From Phyllobates terribilis (Eukaryota), in the NCBI RefSeq assembly GCF_046119375.1, contig NW_027362765.1, positions 136,152,001 to 136,216,000 on the forward strand: a stretch of 64,000 bases of DNA. Reading direction: 5' to 3'. A program made the position numbers and the translations under genes. Below the pieces are notes generated by a model. That model was not told the DNA's origin, did not search any database, and worked only from the letters and a program-made list of their open reading frames with translations. Every line of letters begins with the position of its first letter. The stretch's first letter is position 1. Below, one piece after another: positions 61,067 through 64,000 of this stretch.

Positions 61067-61864
61067 TATCCTGATGGAGTGTACGGGATCTATTTTCTAT
61101 ATCCTGATGGAGTGTATGGGATCTAGTTTCTTGCGGTATAATTTTTCATATCCTGATGGAGTGTATGGGATCTATTTTGTCCATCCTGATGGAGTATATG
61201 GGATCTAGTTTCTTGCGGTATAATTTTTCCATATCCTGATGGAGTGTACGGGATCTATTTTCCCTCTGTATCATTTTTCTATATCCTGATGGAGTGTATG
61301 GGATCTAGTTTCTTGCGGTATAATTTTTCCATATCCTGACGGAGTGTACGGGATCTATTTTCTCTATCCTGATGGAGTGTATGGGATCTATTTTCTATAT
61401 CCTGATGGAGTGTATGGGATCTAGTTTCTTGCGGTATAATTTTTCCATATCCTGATGGAGTGTATGGGATCTATTTTGTCCATCCTGATGGAGTGTATGG
61501 GATCTAGTTTCTTGCGGTATAATTTTTCCATATCCTGATGGAGTGTACGGGATCTATTTTCTCTATCCTGATGGAGTGTATGGGATCTAGTTTCTTGCGG
61601 TATAATTTTTCCATATCCTGATGGAGTGTACGGGATCTATTTTCTCTATCCTGATGGAGTGTATGGGATCTAGTTTCTTGCGGTATAATTTTTCCATATC
61701 CTGATGGAGTGTACGGGATCTATTTTCTCTATCCTGATGGAGTGTATGGGATCTAGTTTCTTGCAGTATCATTTTTCCATATCCTGACGGAGTGTACGGG
61801 ATCTATTTTCTCTATCCTGATGGAGTGTACGGGATCTATTTTATTGCGGTATCATTTTTCTATC
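61067..61864. repeat. Composite minisatellite of 33-bp and 50-bp units (83-bp dimer)
   Basis: Both units share tatcctgatggagtgtaYgggatcta and mostly alternate. Confidence 0.95.
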
Positions 61865-62140
61865 ACTGGTAGAAAGGTTTGAGGTGGCCCCAGGATAAGT
61901 CCCACTGTTAGAAAAACCTTTCTAATAATGCACACCACCTTTCTCAGCATAACAGATGCACAAACCAAACGTGTACAATAAAATGTTGTATTTTCTAAAA
62001 AGAAAAAAAAAGTTCCAAAAGCAAATATTTTACCAATGCATCTTAAAATGGGCAGGGAAATTATATATATATACACAAGCACAAATAAAAACGAGAAGAT
62101 GCCTCTCACGCCACATCAAGAGAACGTCCTTTGGAGCTGG

Positions 62141-64000
62141 TCAGTTTATCATTATGAATTTGGATTTGCAGTGAGCTGAAATAAGAAAAAAAAAGAAGGG
62201 GTGAGGTGACTGTTAGGAGTTTGTACACACTATTTGCATAAGAAAAAGTGGATGAATCTAAAGGGAAGCCATACTGCGCCACCTGGTGCTCGCAATGATA
62301 AGTGCGGGTAACCGTAAACAGTCGTCTGGTGCCACCTACTGGCCAGGAAAATGTAGATGAGCAGCAAGTTCTTACCTATAAACTCTGTCACAGGATCGTG
62401 TTCTCCTTCTGTTTTGATAGTGCCGGCTATACTTTCGTTTTCTAGGATGGGAAGAAAAAGCTGCACAAAGTCTGAGGTATAGGGAGGCGCAATGACATCC
62501 AGGACCTGGAGAGGAAAATGGCAATTATAAAAATCAATGGTAATTAAGATGAGGGGTGGGCTGTGGAACATAAAGATAGTGCCCACCTCTGTCACAAAGT
62601 ATCGTATGAGAGAGATGTCTGTGTCGAGCTTCTCCAGGCATCTGCGGATGTAGGTGACGACAGGCAGCACATACCCCCGACTCAACAGATGAACCATCCT
62701 GTCCAACAGCGTCTTCTTCAGCTCCAGCTACTCAGATGCATTGGAGAGACAGAGACAAATTAGAACTGAATACAGAATTCTGCAGGCTTCAGAGCTGAAC
62801 TCTCCCAATAATCCTTGAAGGCTCAATTTCTGCTAGTTTCTTATAGAGATCTATATTCTGGGCAGGTAGTTACAAATTCATTATTTTAGGTCTCAGAAGA
62901 AGAAGTGAGCAATGACAGACAAACCCTTTAAAAGTGAATCAGTCCGTAAGATTTCACCCCCAAACAATTTATATGTGCATGTAGCTCTTTCAAAGACAAG
63001 TCGAGCAATACATTCACATGGCCAGTCTAGTCCTCCATTACTGAGAAATCAGAATTTGCATTGAAATGCAAATGAGACTGAAGGACTATGGTAGATCTGA
63101 AGCCTCTGTCACTCCAGCTCTATTCCTCGCCCAGCACAGTCTCCTTCTGCTCGACTGACAGCCTTTATGCTGGGAGACTTCAGGCAACAAGCCGTCAGTC
63201 AAGCAGGAGGCGGTGGTGCTGGGTGCGGAATAGAGCTGGAGTGACAGAGGCTCCAGATATAGAAATGTGAAGGAAGAACTTTGGTATATCTATTCAAACG
63301 CTGATTTCTCACTAACGTAGGAATGGACTGGCCATGTAAGGTATTGCTGAACCTTGAAAGAGCTACATGCACATATAAATAGTTTTAAGGTTGAAATCTT
63401 GCAGACAGATTGCCTTTAAAGGGCTTTTACAGTTTAGGAAAAAGAAAAGGTCCCCAAAAGCTTTTATACTTGTAAAATATCAAACAGAGCATAGTCTCAA
63501 CTTCACTGGGCCCGGCGCAGACTTTCTGCACATCACTGCTGCAGCCAATCACAGAGGCTTAGCTGACAGAGGAGCGGAACACACCTTTAAATGGGACTAT
63601 ATTCTCATGACATAATCGCTTTAGGAAAAGCATCTGAAGCCTACATGGCCAACACAGACCCAGCACACCCTGCAGTCTCTTACCTGCTCCATGACATCTA
63701 GCTGTGAGTGCTCGGTTTCAAAGAGTTTAATAAGTAGCTGCAGGACTTGTGGGTGTAGAAGTTGGTGACAAGTGCTGATCTACAAGGACAGTGAAAGAAC
63801 ATGGAAGAATTCACTTTCGGAAACACAATTTCTTACTGCATAAAGTTAATGGGAATTGCCAGTAAGTGGTGGGAAGTCGCACGGATTTGCTTGATTGCTT
63901 TCTACAGTCAATTTCATGGGTAAAATCCCCAAAATGTGGTGTAAATATCCCAATGGTCTCTGATCTTTGGTGCACTCACCTCATCCAGCAGGGCCAGGTG
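62141..64000 (-). CDS. NELFCD: Negative elongation factor C/D (TH1L), 3' end only
   Basis: Exons >64000-63980 (HLALLDE), 63779-63684, 62727-62587, 62505-62376, 62175-62141; ...[24 protein letters not shown]...[23 protein letters not shown]...[11 protein letters not shown]. Confidence 0.96.

Overview
Vertebrate genomic DNA, most likely from a frog. That assignment is an inference from the repeat landscape (Tc1, TTAA-flanked AGG-ended MITEs, PIF/hAT MITEs, many minisatellites). The window holds the conserved block PRELID3B(+), ATP5F1E(+), TUBB1(-), CTSZ(+), NELFCD(-, 3' part only), in the same order as human 20q13.32. The four complete genes were assembled exon by exon with GT-AG junctions and consistent phases. 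Introns and intergenic DNA are packed with nested transposons and satellites, and most ORF-track entries are noise from these. The most notable unannotated signal is a type I hammerhead ribozyme with an intact core (22664-22747, +) between PRELID3B and ATP5F1E, probably from a Penelope-like or retrozyme element. Other items worth a look are a ~235-bp near-perfect foldback, a Tc1 transposon one small deletion from intact, a minisatellite split by an insertion into two diverged arrays, and a satellite between the CTSZ and NELFCD 3' ends. I see no convincing evidence of a wholly new multi-gene system. All coordinates were read by eye and no database searches were run.
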